Positions 18,965 through 28,389 of a stretch of DNA of 64,000 bases are shown here, in pieces. The first letter of the stretch is position 1, and each line of letters opens with the position of its first letter. A program made the translations under genes and the position numbers. The notes beneath the pieces were generated by a model. The model was given only the letters and a program-made list of their open reading frames with translations. It did no database searches and was not told the origin of the DNA. Source of the DNA: Bdellovibrionota bacterium (lineage in GTDB: Bacteria; Bdellovibrionota_C; UBA2361; OMII01); contig JBIIOE010000004.1 in NCBI GenBank assembly GCA_044337105.1, forward strand, positions 3,172 to 67,171. Reading direction: 5' to 3'.

Positions 18965-20002
18965 ATGAATCGGGGCTCCAGCGAGGAATTACTAACGGCG
19001 TATTTTCAGGGGCTTACGGGAACGCCCCCAACCCTTGTATCGAAATTGTGGCCGCACGCATCCGAGCGCTGCATGTACCGGCTTTCCTCGGCTGACTTCA
19101 CCTGCATAGGAGTCATCCACAGGGTGGAGGCCGAAAATGAGGCCTTTGTGTCCTTTGCCAAGCATTTCAAAGCTGCGCGACTTCCTGTTCCCGAGATCTA
19201 TCTCTACGCTCCACACAGCGGCGTGTATCTACAGCAGGACCTAGGGGACGTGACACTGCTCGATGTCCTACAGGAACAACGTCAAAGCAGCGAAGACTCC
19301 TTTCCGCACAAAGCAGATGAGCTGTATAGAACAGCCCTTGAGTTCCTTCCGCGCTTCCAAATCGAGGCCGGCATAACCGTCGATTTTACCAAATGCCACT
19401 CAAGTAGCGATTTTTCCTCCCATGCACTCAGTGCCGATATGACCTCTTTTACGCAGGAGCTTGTCCCACGACTCGCTCCGAGCTGGGACATCTCTTCGCT
19501 CAAGGGGGACTTCGACACATTGATTTCCTTTCTCGCTCGAGCTCAGGGAGAATTTTTTCTGTATCGTGACTTTCAGTCCCGCAACATCATGATTGTCGGA
19601 GACTCCCCGTGGTTCATCGACTTTCAGGGAGGCCGAAAGGGCCCGCTGCAGTACGACGTCGTGTCCCTACTCTATCAATCGAGCGCTAAAATCCCTCAAG
19701 ACTCTCGTTGTGCCTTGCTCAATCACTATCTCGATCACGCGCAGCGCTATACGCACCTCGACAAAGACCAATTCGTCTCCTTCTTAGGTGGTTTCATCAT
19801 CAGTAGGATGATTCAAGTGCTCGGAGTCTACGGCAGAGAGGGTCTGGGTGTCGGTAAAGAGTACTTTCTCGCGAGCATACCTACCGCCTTAGACACCCTA
19901 TACCGAGAGCTGCAATCAAATATGTCTGGGCTCTCGTTGCCGAATCTGATGAATTGCACTGAAGCCCTCATCGATGCACTTGGGCGAACGGATACCCGAT
20001 AG
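18965..20002 (+). CDS. Aminoglycoside-phosphotransferase-fold kinase, AmgK-like (anomeric MurNAc/GlcNAc kinase family)
   Basis: YRDFQSRNIMIVGDSPWFIDFQGGRKGPLQYDVVSLL matches the catalytic loop and DFQ motif of the APH/AmgK family. Confidence 0.65.
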   Translation: MNRGSSEELLTAYFQGLTGTPPTLVSKLWPHASERCMYRLSSADFTCIGVIHRVEAENEAFVSFAKHFKAARLPVPEIYLYAPHSGVYLQQDLGDVTLLDVLQEQRQSSEDSFPHKADELYRTALEFLPRFQIEAGITVDFTKCHSSSDFSSHALSADMTSFTQELVPRLAPSWDISSLKGDFDTLISFLARAQGEFFLYRDFQSRNIMIVGDSPWFIDFQGGRKGPLQYDVVSLLYQSSAKIPQDSRCALLNHYLDHAQRYTHLDKDQFVSFLGGFIISRMIQVLGVYGREGLGVGKEYFLASIPTALDTLYRELQSNMSGLSLPNLMNCTEALIDALGRTDTR

Positions 20003-20150
20003 CTGCGGGCGAGGTCGAGAGCTGCGCTCTACTACAGAGGCCCGGCGCCGTCGAAAATCTCTACCCAAACGTAGAGAGTCAGATAAGGATAGAGGACGTA
20101 CTTGTCTACGTTTATGTAATCGCCCCTCTCGGCTCTACGCTTGCATCCTT

Positions 20151-21200
20151 ATGATCTCGAAGATAGCTCTCCACTCGACAACTTTCTGGTGTGTGATAGT
20201 GAGCGCCTCTGTGGCTCTTGCCGAACCTGCTTTACCTCCGTCACAAACGCCGACTCCGGTCGCAACATTCCCTTCAAGCTCTACGGTCGATGCTCGACTA
20301 GTCCCGGACCAACGCAGAGATCTCATCAGATCCTTAGTGACTATTGCGGACAAGGACCAGGGAGTCGAGCGCGCTCGTAAGCAACTGTGTTCAGAGAGCA
20401 TTACTCCTCCTTCAGCGGAAGCCTCTCTCTCGAAAGCAGCATTAGCTCTCACGGAGACCGACATGTCTGTCGAAGTCGCTTTCGAGAAACCATCAAACGA
20501 GGGTGTTTCTAGCGCAGCTTCTTTTGCAATGCTCATCGAATTTCGCGATTACAACATTCTGCTGCGCTCTTCTCAACCGCGCTTCGCGAGCGAAGCCGGC
20601 GGTGTTTTGCTGATGCCGGAGAAAGTCATGGGAAGAGCTGCCTGGCTCGAGGGCAAAGCAGACACAGATCTCTTGGTGTACGTGCCGCCGGTCGCTGAGT
20701 GCGGAGTACGCGCCATAGCGCTCTGTCCGCGCTCTTATGCTCCGCAAGTCGGTCTCCAACGGAACGGATACACCCCAACCGGCGCGCGATATTTTTACTC
20801 TGCGAAGGCTGATGGTCTCTTCGCAACGGACAAGCAGAACCCCGGCCGCATCCGCGCTAGTGTCATGGGTAGCCGTGATGTTACGATACCGGAGAAGTGG
20901 TTCGATGAGCAGCTATCTGGCGTCACGCCCTCGGCGACATTCAAGCACATCGCAAGTCGCCCCAAAGGTGCTCCTGGCCCCTTCTCTTCCATCAGCTTGC
21001 CCTCGGTAGAAGCGATAGAAGCTCGCTTAGAGTTGGGGCGAGGAGAGCGCGTGCTCAGGACGATCAGCAAACGCACATCCATCGAGATCTCTGAGTTTCA
21101 ACTCCCAGAGAAGCAAAGAGTGCTGGTGCACTATGCCGATACGCCCGTCGAAGCTGGGGCCTGCTATCTCGTGACGAAGTGGAGCGAGACTCAATTATAG
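20151..21200 (+). CDS. Hypothetical secreted protein
   Basis: ATG 20151 gives MISKIALHSTTFWCVIVSASVALAEP, a signal-peptide-like N-terminus. The longer track ORF from 19974 overlaps the upstream gene. No recognisable domain. Confidence 0.5.
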   Translation: MISKIALHSTTFWCVIVSASVALAEPALPPSQTPTPVATFPSSSTVDARLVPDQRRDLIRSLVTIADKDQGVERARKQLCSESITPPSAEASLSKAALALTETDMSVEVAFEKPSNEGVSSAASFAMLIEFRDYNILLRSSQPRFASEAGGVLLMPEKVMGRAAWLEGKADTDLLVYVPPVAECGVRAIALCPRSYAPQVGLQRNGYTPTGARYFYSAKADGLFATDKQNPGRIRASVMGSRDVTIPEKWFDEQLSGVTPSATFKHIASRPKGAPGPFSSISLPSVEAIEARLELGRGERVLRTISKRTSIEISEFQLPEKQRVLVHYADTPVEAGACYLVTKWSETQL

Positions 21201-23003
21201 AAAGTATTCCCGCCACCTGCGGTCTACCAGCTGCCGTGTTTCCGGATCGCATTCAACCACTCCTGGATACCACGGCTTGAAACGCGCATCGATGACGATC
21301 GGCGGTGTGTGACTCAAGTGATGTCGATGTACGGTCGTGCGAGCTGCGTACACATCCGCCGCCGGTTCAAAACGCGTGAATACAGTCCAGAGGAAGGTGC
21401 TCACGTTGGAGAGGGTAGCCTCGAGATCGTCAACGAGCGCAATAAGGGGCCAGTCCGCAAAGCTCTCGTGGCTGGCGATCTCCGCAGGGAGCCCTCTATG
21501 CCTCTCAAATGATCCTACTTCGACAACTAAACACCCTGCGCAAAAAGGACGAACTTTGCGAACCGAGGTTGGGGGGGTGCCCCTGTATTCACGAGGAAGA
21601 TCTCGTTTCGGCGCTCCACATCCGATTAAGACTCCTTTGCTTCCGTGGTTCACTTTCGGACCAGCGTAGTCGAGGGTGTCCATCGCGGTGTTCGAGAAGA
21701 TGAAGAGGTCTCGCGAGAAATCTGCTCGCGCCAAAACTGCTTCCAACACACGGCGAAAATCGGTTAAGTCCATCGGGGAGTCGAGGAGCAAAAGGAATTT
21801 GGTGAGCGCGAGCTGGCCTTCGCCTAAGATCCGGAAAGCAGACTGCAGCGACTCTCGCTCGTAGCGTTCATGAACGACCGCCGCTGCCAGGGCATGGAAT
21901 CCGGTTTCTCCATACGACCAGAGATCCCTCACCTGCGGCATTACTACCGGAAACATCGGAGAGAGTAGTCGCTGAAGATATTCACCTATGAAGAAGTCCT
22001 CTTGGCGAGGCTTTCCGACTACCGTTGCTGGATAGACCGCTCCCGGCCTGCGTACGAGTCCTTTGCAGTGGAAGACTGGATAGTCGTGCTGGAGCGAGTA
22101 GTATCCGTAGTGATCTCCAAAAGGCCCCTCTGGTCGAAACTCGTTAGGATCAACTTCGCCTACGAGCGTGAACTCGGCAGTAGGTATGAGTGGTAGCGGC
22201 CCAAGGGGATTATCTGTCATCTTCATTCGCTGACCAACCAGGAGCGAGGCAAGCAGCAGCTCCGGCACATTCTCAGGCAAGGGCGCAATCGCCGAGATGA
22301 TCAGAGCTGGTGGACCACCGATCACGATGTTCACCGGGAGTCGCTCTCCACGTTCCTTAGCGACAGCTAGGTGGTATCCCCCACCCTTCCCGATCTGGCA
22401 GTGAAGTCCGGTCGTATCATCGTCGTAGCGCTGAATACGATACATGCCGAGATTGTGAACGCGCGTTTCGGGATGCTCGGTATACACCAGCGGCAGCGTG
22501 ACGAAGGGCCCGCCGTCCAAGGGCCAGGTGGTCAACATCGGTAGTCGACCCAAGCGTGGTGGTGCATCAACGATGAGGGAATTGTCGAAGCGCCTGCGAG
22601 AGAGTCCGATCCGGCCCAAGTCAAGCAGCGTGCGACGATTCCGCCACGCCGTGCTGAGGCTCGGAGGCATCATGGTGTGGGGAAGACTCGCAATCTCCCG
22701 TACTAACTGCTCTGGCCGCCCGCCAAACGCGAGGTCTACCCTGCGCGTGGTTCCGAAAAGATTCGTAACGAGCGGAAAATCAGCCCCCTTCACTCTGGTA
22801 AAGAGGAGCGCTGGGCCGCCTCGGTCGATGATTCGACGATGGATCTCTGCGACCTCGAGATACGGATCGACTTCACATGAGATTTCAACCAGTTCATGCT
22901 CCCGTCGCAGAGTCTCAAGAAACTCCGGCAGGGAGCGAGCAGCTTTTCGTTGCGACATGGCGTAGTTCAATCCATCATAGAAGAGAGCCGTTTCATGCAC
23001 CAA
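21195..23003 (-). CDS. UbiD-family (prenyl-FMN dependent) decarboxylase, probably the menaquinone-pathway type
   Basis: 602 aa. GGPALLFTRVKG, YRIQRYDDDTTGLHCQIGKGGGYH and GPFGDHYGYY are UbiD-family blocks. Confidence 0.8.
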   Translation of the reverse strand: MVHETALFYDGLNYAMSQRKAARSLPEFLETLRREHELVEISCEVDPYLEVAEIHRRIIDRGGPALLFTRVKGADFPLVTNLFGTTRRVDLAFGGRPEQLVREIASLPHTMMPPSLSTAWRNRRTLLDLGRIGLSRRRFDNSLIVDAPPRLGRLPMLTTWPLDGGPFVTLPLVYTEHPETRVHNLGMYRIQRYDDDTTGLHCQIGKGGGYHLAVAKERGERLPVNIVIGGPPALIISAIAPLPENVPELLLASLLVGQRMKMTDNPLGPLPLIPTAEFTLVGEVDPNEFRPEGPFGDHYGYYSLQHDYPVFHCKGLVRRPGAVYPATVVGKPRQEDFFIGEYLQRLLSPMFPVVMPQVRDLWSYGETGFHALAAAVVHERYERESLQSAFRILGEGQLALTKFLLLLDSPMDLTDFRRVLEAVLARADFSRDLFIFSNTAMDTLDYAGPKVNHGSKGVLIGCGAPKRDLPREYRGTPPTSVRKVRPFCAGCLVVEVGSFERHRGLPAEIASHESFADWPLIALVDDLEATLSNVSTFLWTVFTRFEPAADVYAARTTVHRHHLSHTPPIVIDARFKPWYPGVVECDPETRQLVDRRWREYFL

Positions 23004-23022
23004 GGACGACGTATGCCCTTCG

Positions 23023-23865
23023 ATGCTTGTGAGCGGCTACAATAGATCACATTCAACGATTGCACAGCAGCGGGAGAACTCGGTGGGATTTGTTACACGT
23101 TCAGTGGATGCGCACGGCATAGCGACCTTGACTCTCAACGACCAAGACAACCTGAACGCCATGAGCGAGGAGATGGCTCAGGAGTTCTCAGCCGCTGTTG
23201 CCGCATTGCGAAACGATGCGGCAGTGCGAGCTGTCATTCTTACCGGCGCAGGAAAGGCGTTTTCAGCCGGGGGACACTTGGCGATGCTCGAGGCTAAACG
23301 TGCCAAGAGTGGCGAGGTCAATCGTGTTGGCATGCAGACCTTTTACGACGCCTTTTTGTGTATCTTGAACCTCAAAGTACCGCTCATAGCGGCATTGAAC
23401 GGAGCTGCTGTCGGGGCCGGTCTGTGCCTTGCCTGCGCGTGCGACGTGCGTGTGGCCTCTGTCGATGCGAAGTTGGGCTTCACGTTCCTCAAGCTCGGTC
23501 TACATCCGGGAATGGGAGCCACGTTCCTTGTGCCGCGAATAGTCGGTCGAAGCATGGCAACAGAGCTACTACTCACCTCGCGGGTCATCAATGCCAACGA
23601 GGCCTTGCGGATCGGATTAGTGTCTCGCGTGTGCCCCAAGGAATCTGTGCTTCAAGAGGCACACACGATCGCTTACGAGATGATATCCTGCGGCCCCGAA
23701 GCGAGCGCTCAGCTTCTGGAAACTATGCGCTGCGATATGTCGAATTTGTCGAATGCTTTAACCCGCGAGGCGCTGTGTCAAAGCATCAACTACGCCGGCG
23801 CCGAGTTCGCAGAGGGGCTCGCGGCTGTCAAAGAGAAGCGCTCACCTAACTTCTCTAAGGCTTAG
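23023..23865 (+). CDS. Enoyl-CoA hydratase/isomerase (crotonase) family protein
   Basis: AVILTGAGKAFSAGGHL and ALNGAAVGAGLCLACACDVRVAS are crotonase oxyanion-hole motifs. Confidence 0.85.
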   Translation: MLVSGYNRSHSTIAQQRENSVGFVTRSVDAHGIATLTLNDQDNLNAMSEEMAQEFSAAVAALRNDAAVRAVILTGAGKAFSAGGHLAMLEAKRAKSGEVNRVGMQTFYDAFLCILNLKVPLIAALNGAAVGAGLCLACACDVRVASVDAKLGFTFLKLGLHPGMGATFLVPRIVGRSMATELLLTSRVINANEALRIGLVSRVCPKESVLQEAHTIAYEMISCGPEASAQLLETMRCDMSNLSNALTREALCQSINYAGAEFAEGLAAVKEKRSPNFSKA

Positions 23866-24060
23866 GGTCGCGCCGATCGCCACGATGACAACGTGCGCCA
23901 GGGAAAACCACATCCCGCGCCAGTTACCGGTTTCGTAAGCAACGAGGGAAAGTTTGTATGCACTGACAACGGTTACTGCCACTGCTACCCACGCAACCTT
24001 GGGAGACACCACGTAACGCTTGTTTTGATTCATTTGATTGTCGTTCACCGCTCGAAGCAT
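23842..24060 (-). CDS. Small hypothetical membrane protein
   Basis: A 72-aa ORF with two hydrophobic helices. Its 3' end overlaps the crotonase gene by 24 bp. There is no homology signal. Confidence 0.3.
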   Translation of the reverse strand: MLRAVNDNQMNQNKRYVVSPKVAWVAVAVTVVSAYKLSLVAYETGNWRGMWFSLAHVVIVAIGATLSLREVR

Positions 24061-24130
24061 ACACTCCGAACGGGATACATAGAAGTGCGCGCATCAAGAT
24101 GGTGAGCGCGCACTGAGGCTGAGCGGAGGA

Positions 24131-24445
24131 CTAGCGTAGGAGGCTCAAGCGCTCCTGGATAGCTTCAGGATTTCCCTCATACTGCTTCAGGCTATCCTGC
24201 AACGAGAGCGGATCGAGGTCGAGATGCAATGCCACCCAAGCAAAACTGAAAGGACGCTTCGGTGTAAGCTTGCCGAACAACCACTGGCGCGCACTACGAA
24301 CTACGTGACGCTCACAGTGAGCAGTACCGAAAGCATCGCAAATTGCTCGAGCAAGAACGGCTGCTAGTAGATTTCTCTCCGGCTTTACCGGGGAGGACGC
24401 TTCGTTCTCATCTTCGGGCAAAAACTTGTTCGCAGAGTTGCTCAT
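24131..24445 (-). CDS. Hypothetical protein (104 aa)
   Basis: An isolated ORF with an ATG start. No recognisable motif. Confidence 0.4.
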   Translation of the reverse strand: MSNSANKFLPEDENEASSPVKPERNLLAAVLARAICDAFGTAHCERHVVRSARQWLFGKLTPKRPFSFAWVALHLDLDPLSLQDSLKQYEGNPEAIQERLSLLR

Positions 24446-24913
24446 ACGATCACAGATCTCCAGCAGTTACAAATAGTTAGAAAGATAAATTAAAGAGGTG
24501 TTGAGAAAGGGGAATCAGGACACCGAGAACGAACCGAAATAACCTCTGCGCTTACCAAACCTGAGATGGCTGTCATTAGCGGGGCCTCCTGCCGTCTGTA
24601 ACGCTTCGGCTTAGATCTCCCCTTACGGGACACTCTAAGCACTACTTACATCGAGAGCGCATTTATTCGACAAGACGATCGACAAAACGCTGGGACGAGG
24701 CAAGTAGCTGGGTCTGTTCGCGAATCCTAACGTGTAGGAGTACATTAGGTTTGATGTAAGCGTCAATAGCTTTTTTAAGTTACTTTAAGCTACTACTCTT
24801 TTTTTTCAGGGGTTTGGGTCGGAATCTGTGTTGATCCAATCCGAGGACCACTGGTTTGACATTTTTGCCTCAGAGAGTTAGCCTTCGCGCTCGTCGATTC
24901 TTAGGAGTAGTCA

Positions 24914-25483
24914 ATGAATTCGGGTGTGAACAAGAAGAAGCTCTTCATCAGCAACCTCGACTTTGAAGTCACCAGTGAGCAGCTGCGCCAGCTGTTCGAA
25001 GAGGTTGGTCCTTCCATCAGCGTAGTCGTAGCATCTGACCGCGAGACGAAGCGCTCAAAGGGATTTGCGTTTGTCGAGATGGAGCGTGAAGAGGATGCCC
25101 AGAAGGCTATCGAGACCCTCAACAATCGCGCTGTCAACGGCCGTCCGATGAAGGTGTGCGAGGATCGCGGCAAGAACAGCTCGTCGGCACCTTCTGAAGG
25201 TGGCGCTGAGGGTGGTCGCAGGTTCGAACCACTTCCGTCGATCCAGAGGATGCAGCTTTTCAAGCGTCGTAAGAAGCTTGATCCGTTTACTGAAGATCCA
25301 AGGAAGACGATCGATTACAAAGACGTTGCTATGCTCTCGAAGTTCGTGAGCGAGCGCGGTCGTATCCTTTCGCGTCGTCTCACTGGCCTCAGTGCGTACA
25401 ATCAGCGCAAGGTTGCCAAGGCTATCAAGAGAGCTCAAAGCCTGGGCCTCATGCCGTTTACGACGTTGCAGAGCAACCCATAA
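24914..25483 (+). CDS. rpsR: RRM-domain RNA-binding protein fused to ribosomal protein bS18
   Basis: The N-terminal RRM has RNP2 (LFISNL) and RNP1 (KGFAFVEM). The C-terminal 75 aa (FKRRKKLDPF...IDYKDVAMLSKFVSERGRILSRRLTGLSAYNQRKVAKAIKRAQSLGLMPF) are collinear with E. coli S18. AGGAG lies upstream of the ATG. Confidence 0.85.
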   Translation: MNSGVNKKKLFISNLDFEVTSEQLRQLFEEVGPSISVVVASDRETKRSKGFAFVEMEREEDAQKAIETLNNRAVNGRPMKVCEDRGKNSSSAPSEGGAEGGRRFEPLPSIQRMQLFKRRKKLDPFTEDPRKTIDYKDVAMLSKFVSERGRILSRRLTGLSAYNQRKVAKAIKRAQSLGLMPFTTLQSNP

Positions 25484-25511
25484 TATCTCTCAACCGCAGA
25501 GATATTTCGAA

Positions 25512-25537
25512 AGCCGGCCTTGTGCCGGCTTTTTTTA
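25512..25537 (+). terminator. Rho-independent terminator of the RRM-S18 gene
   Basis: AGCCGGC-cttgt-GCCGGCT is followed by TTTTTTT, 29 nt after the stop codon. Confidence 0.85.
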
Positions 25538-25605
25538 TGGCTGAAATGCTACCTCGTGAGGCGCTGTTGGCGTTGCGGTCGGGTGGGAGGAGCATGGCTC
25601 TATTA

Positions 25606-25869
25606 GCTCCACTAGATACCAGCACGGCGATCCAAGCACTAGGCGGACCCCCCACGGACCGCGGAGCTTCCGCTCCGCTAGATAATAGCTCCACGATTCA
25701 AGCTAACAGGCGGACTGGAAAGTCCGCGGTCCGTTTCCGCTCCGCCAGATAGCAGCGCTACGATCCAAGCAGCAGGCGACCCCCCACGGACCGCGGAGCT
25801 TCCGCTCCGCTAGATAATAGCACCACGATTCAAGCTAAAAGGCGGACTAGAAAGTCCGCGGTCCGGATC
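25606..25869. repeat. Tandem array of four roughly 66-nt units in A-B-A-B order (about 133-bp period), each ending in a short GC hairpin
   Basis: Units are at 25606-25671, 25672-25738, 25739-25803 and 25804-25869. The hairpins are GCGGAGC-ttcc-GCTCCGC and GCGGACT-gRaa-AGTCCGC. Confidence 0.9.
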
Positions 25870-25884
25870 GCTCGGCTGTCGATA

Positions 25885-26577
25885 TCACTTCTTCGCCGGC
25901 TCCCACGGCTTGTCACCCGGAACCTGAAACACTCGGTGGTCTGACTTCATGACCTGATCGAGTGACACGGCTTTACTCAGCTCGTCGAGAACGAACTTGA
26001 TGCGTTTCCCGCTTTCTTCGACAAGACGGGCGGCTTCCTGCCTGTCCTCGGCCGGTGCGGATGCACTCTTCAGGATGTAGGCAGCTCCCAATACCGCACC
26101 CAGTGGGTTGTTGATCTCGTGCCGCAGGGTATCTACGAGCGTGCGAACCGTATCGACAATAGTTGCTTTGCGTCTTACCTCTTCGAGTTCGCGCTGAGTA
26201 CGATTGCGATCTACGAGGCCGAGAACGAGCGGTTTGAAGCTGGGGTCTCTCACCTTGTCTTTCGAAAGAAAATAGGTGACTCCTGCACGCATAGAACTGC
26301 CAGGAATCTCCGGGTCCGCATCTGAGCTTACCGCGAGCACCGCGAGCCCCTGTAATTGCTCCTCACTCATCAGTTCAAGCCCAATACCATCAGGCAAATG
26401 GTGATCGAGAATAACAAGGTCCGGCTGCAATGTGGGGTTACCCCTGATACCGTTTCGCGCTTCGGTTACAGAGGAGAAAATGACCAATGAGAGGTCGGGA
26501 ATGAAGGATTTCAGGCGCATCGAAAGGAGCTTCCTAAACTCGACGCTGTCATCAAGGATTACTATCGTCGTTTTCAT
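25885..26577 (-). CDS. Response-regulator receiver domain fused to a HisKA (DHp) domain, with no ATPase domain
   Basis: The REC part is IVILDDS...DLVILDHHLPDGIG. The H-box is LRHEINNPLGAVLG. Only about 75 aa follow the H-box, which is too short for HATPase_c. Confidence 0.7.
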   Translation of the reverse strand: MKTTIVILDDSVEFRKLLSMRLKSFIPDLSLVIFSSVTEARNGIRGNPTLQPDLVILDHHLPDGIGLELMSEEQLQGLAVLAVSSDADPEIPGSSMRAGVTYFLSKDKVRDPSFKPLVLGLVDRNRTQRELEEVRRKATIVDTVRTLVDTLRHEINNPLGAVLGAAYILKSASAPAEDRQEAARLVEESGKRIKFVLDELSKAVSLDQVMKSDHRVFQVPGDKPWEPAKK

Positions 26578-26587
26578 CTAGCCCCTT

Positions 26588-28372
26588 TCATACCAACGCC
26601 TGGCGTCTCGCGTACTGTTTGTAGAGCCCCTCGGACGCACTCAGCTCTTCGTGTGTTCCGTGCTGAAGTATTTTCCCCTCGTGCATAACGTATGTGACAT
26701 CTGCACTTTGAACCGTAGCGAGTCGATGAGAAATCAGTAGTACTGTGCAGTTCGGGATCCAAGCGCGAAGTGCGGCGAGCACTCGAGCCTCCGATTCACT
26801 GTCGAGACCCGATGTGGCCTCGTCGAGTATAAGGAGGGCCGGTTTTCTCAGAAGTGCGCGCGCGATTGCAATTCGCTGTCTTTGTCCGCCACTGAGTTGA
26901 GCTCCGTGTTCCCCCAGAGCAGTATCGATTCCCTCTGGTAACGCGCGTACAAAATCCAAAAACTCCCATTTCGACACTATCTCGAGTACCTGTTCGCGGG
27001 TGCAGCTCCGATTCCCGAACACGAGGTTTTCGTATATAGAAAACCCGAAGAGATGTGGCTCTTGAGGGACCCACGCAATCAAGCTACGAATCTCTGCTTC
27101 TTCGAACGACGAGAGAAGGCGACCATCAACCACTATGTCCCCACTCTCCGGCGAGTAGAAAGAAAGGAGCAACTGAACGATAGAGCTCTTGCCTGAGCCC
27201 GAGGGCCCTACCAGAGCCGTGGATTTCCCCGTAAGCAGTCGAAGGCTAATATTGTCCAAGACTCGAACTTCAGGACGATCAGGATATGAGAAGGAGACGC
27301 TTTTGAGTTCTATCGAGAGCGGAGATATCCCGCTGTCTGCCTGAGTGATGGTCGATAATGAATCTTCCCCCGGCACGCCCTCAATAAGCTCAAAGACTCG
27401 CTCAAGCCCTCCCAGGCTCTGCATTAACTCAGCATAAGCGCTCACCAAAAAGCTGAACGACACTGCGACGATCGCTCCGTACAAAACGAACGCAGCCAAA
27501 TCGTTGAGTGGCAGCTCGTTAACGAGCACGAGATGAACGCCGTACCATAGGACTGCGAGCAAGAGAAGATTCAGTACGGCACTCGCACCGGAGGAGAAAG
27601 CTGCCGCTATTGCGGTACGACGCTCGCCGCTCTCGAGAACGCCGTCGTTAATATCTGTGAACCTACGTTGCGCATCCCCCTCTGCGGCCAACGAGCGCAT
27701 GATCTTCGCTCCTGAGAAGCACTCGGAAGCAAACGCCACGAGCCGTGCCAGCGCGCTCTGATACGAACGAGATGCTCTTTTGAGCTTTCCGAGAAACATG
27801 GCCGAAACCGCCATCATGACGATCACGCTTACGACGATAGCTGCCGTCATGCGCCACGACATCCAGAGCATGAGAACGACACCGAGTGCTACCTGCAGAC
27901 CGTAGCGCAAGATGACAGAGAGCTTCGTCGAAACCGCCTCTTGGACCAGGGCGGCATCAGAGTTTATTCTCGATGCGAGTTCACCGGAGCGGTTACTATC
28001 GAAAAATCTGATGTCCTTCGCAAGAATACCGCCGAAGAGGCGCGCTCGAACCTCCTGAAAGACCTTTTGGCCCACAATTCCAAAGAGATATGAGCGACAG
28101 AAAAACGCTAAGCCCTGCACCGCAAACAGAACAGCCAGCGCTCCCATCAGAAGGTGAAAGTTCTCCATGAGCGCAGGAAACACCGTTGGCTCGAGTGCTC
28201 GACGTATAATCTCGGGAAAGACAAGGTTGATGGCGCTTCCCACGAAGAGGGCCACGAGCGCACAAGCGAACCGGATTCTGTGGGGCTTAAGAAGCTGGAT
28301 CAATCTGACAAGAGATGAGAAGGTCGACATACGCGACCCCGCGTCCAGCTTCCCTTTCAGTCGATTTTTCAT
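26588..28372 (-). CDS. ABC exporter, fused permease/ATPase (MsbA/MdlB-like)
   Basis: The N-terminal six-TM region is followed by Walker A (GPSGSGKSS), the signature LSGGQRQRIAIARA and Walker B (LILDEATS). Confidence 0.9.
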   Translation of the reverse strand: MKNRLKGKLDAGSRMSTFSSLVRLIQLLKPHRIRFACALVALFVGSAINLVFPEIIRRALEPTVFPALMENFHLLMGALAVLFAVQGLAFFCRSYLFGIVGQKVFQEVRARLFGGILAKDIRFFDSNRSGELASRINSDAALVQEAVSTKLSVILRYGLQVALGVVLMLWMSWRMTAAIVVSVIVMMAVSAMFLGKLKRASRSYQSALARLVAFASECFSGAKIMRSLAAEGDAQRRFTDINDGVLESGERRTAIAAAFSSGASAVLNLLLLAVLWYGVHLVLVNELPLNDLAAFVLYGAIVAVSFSFLVSAYAELMQSLGGLERVFELIEGVPGEDSLSTITQADSGISPLSIELKSVSFSYPDRPEVRVLDNISLRLLTGKSTALVGPSGSGKSSIVQLLLSFYSPESGDIVVDGRLLSSFEEAEIRSLIAWVPQEPHLFGFSIYENLVFGNRSCTREQVLEIVSKWEFLDFVRALPEGIDTALGEHGAQLSGGQRQRIAIARALLRKPALLILDEATSGLDSESEARVLAALRAWIPNCTVLLISHRLATVQSADVTYVMHEGKILQHGTHEELSASEGLYKQYARRQALV

Positions 28373-28389
28373 GGCGTGAATTGATGCGC

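Noticed and set aside
25215-25235. tRNA T-arm-like string GCAGGTTCGAACCAC
   Set aside because: It lies inside the RRM-S18 coding frame, and the flanking sequence offers no acceptor, D or anticodon stems.
25522-25752. 76-aa ORF with an internally repetitive sequence
   Set aside because: It lies inside the roughly 133-bp-period tandem repeat. The period is not a multiple of three, so the repeat is read in different frames in successive units. It also starts inside the terminator.
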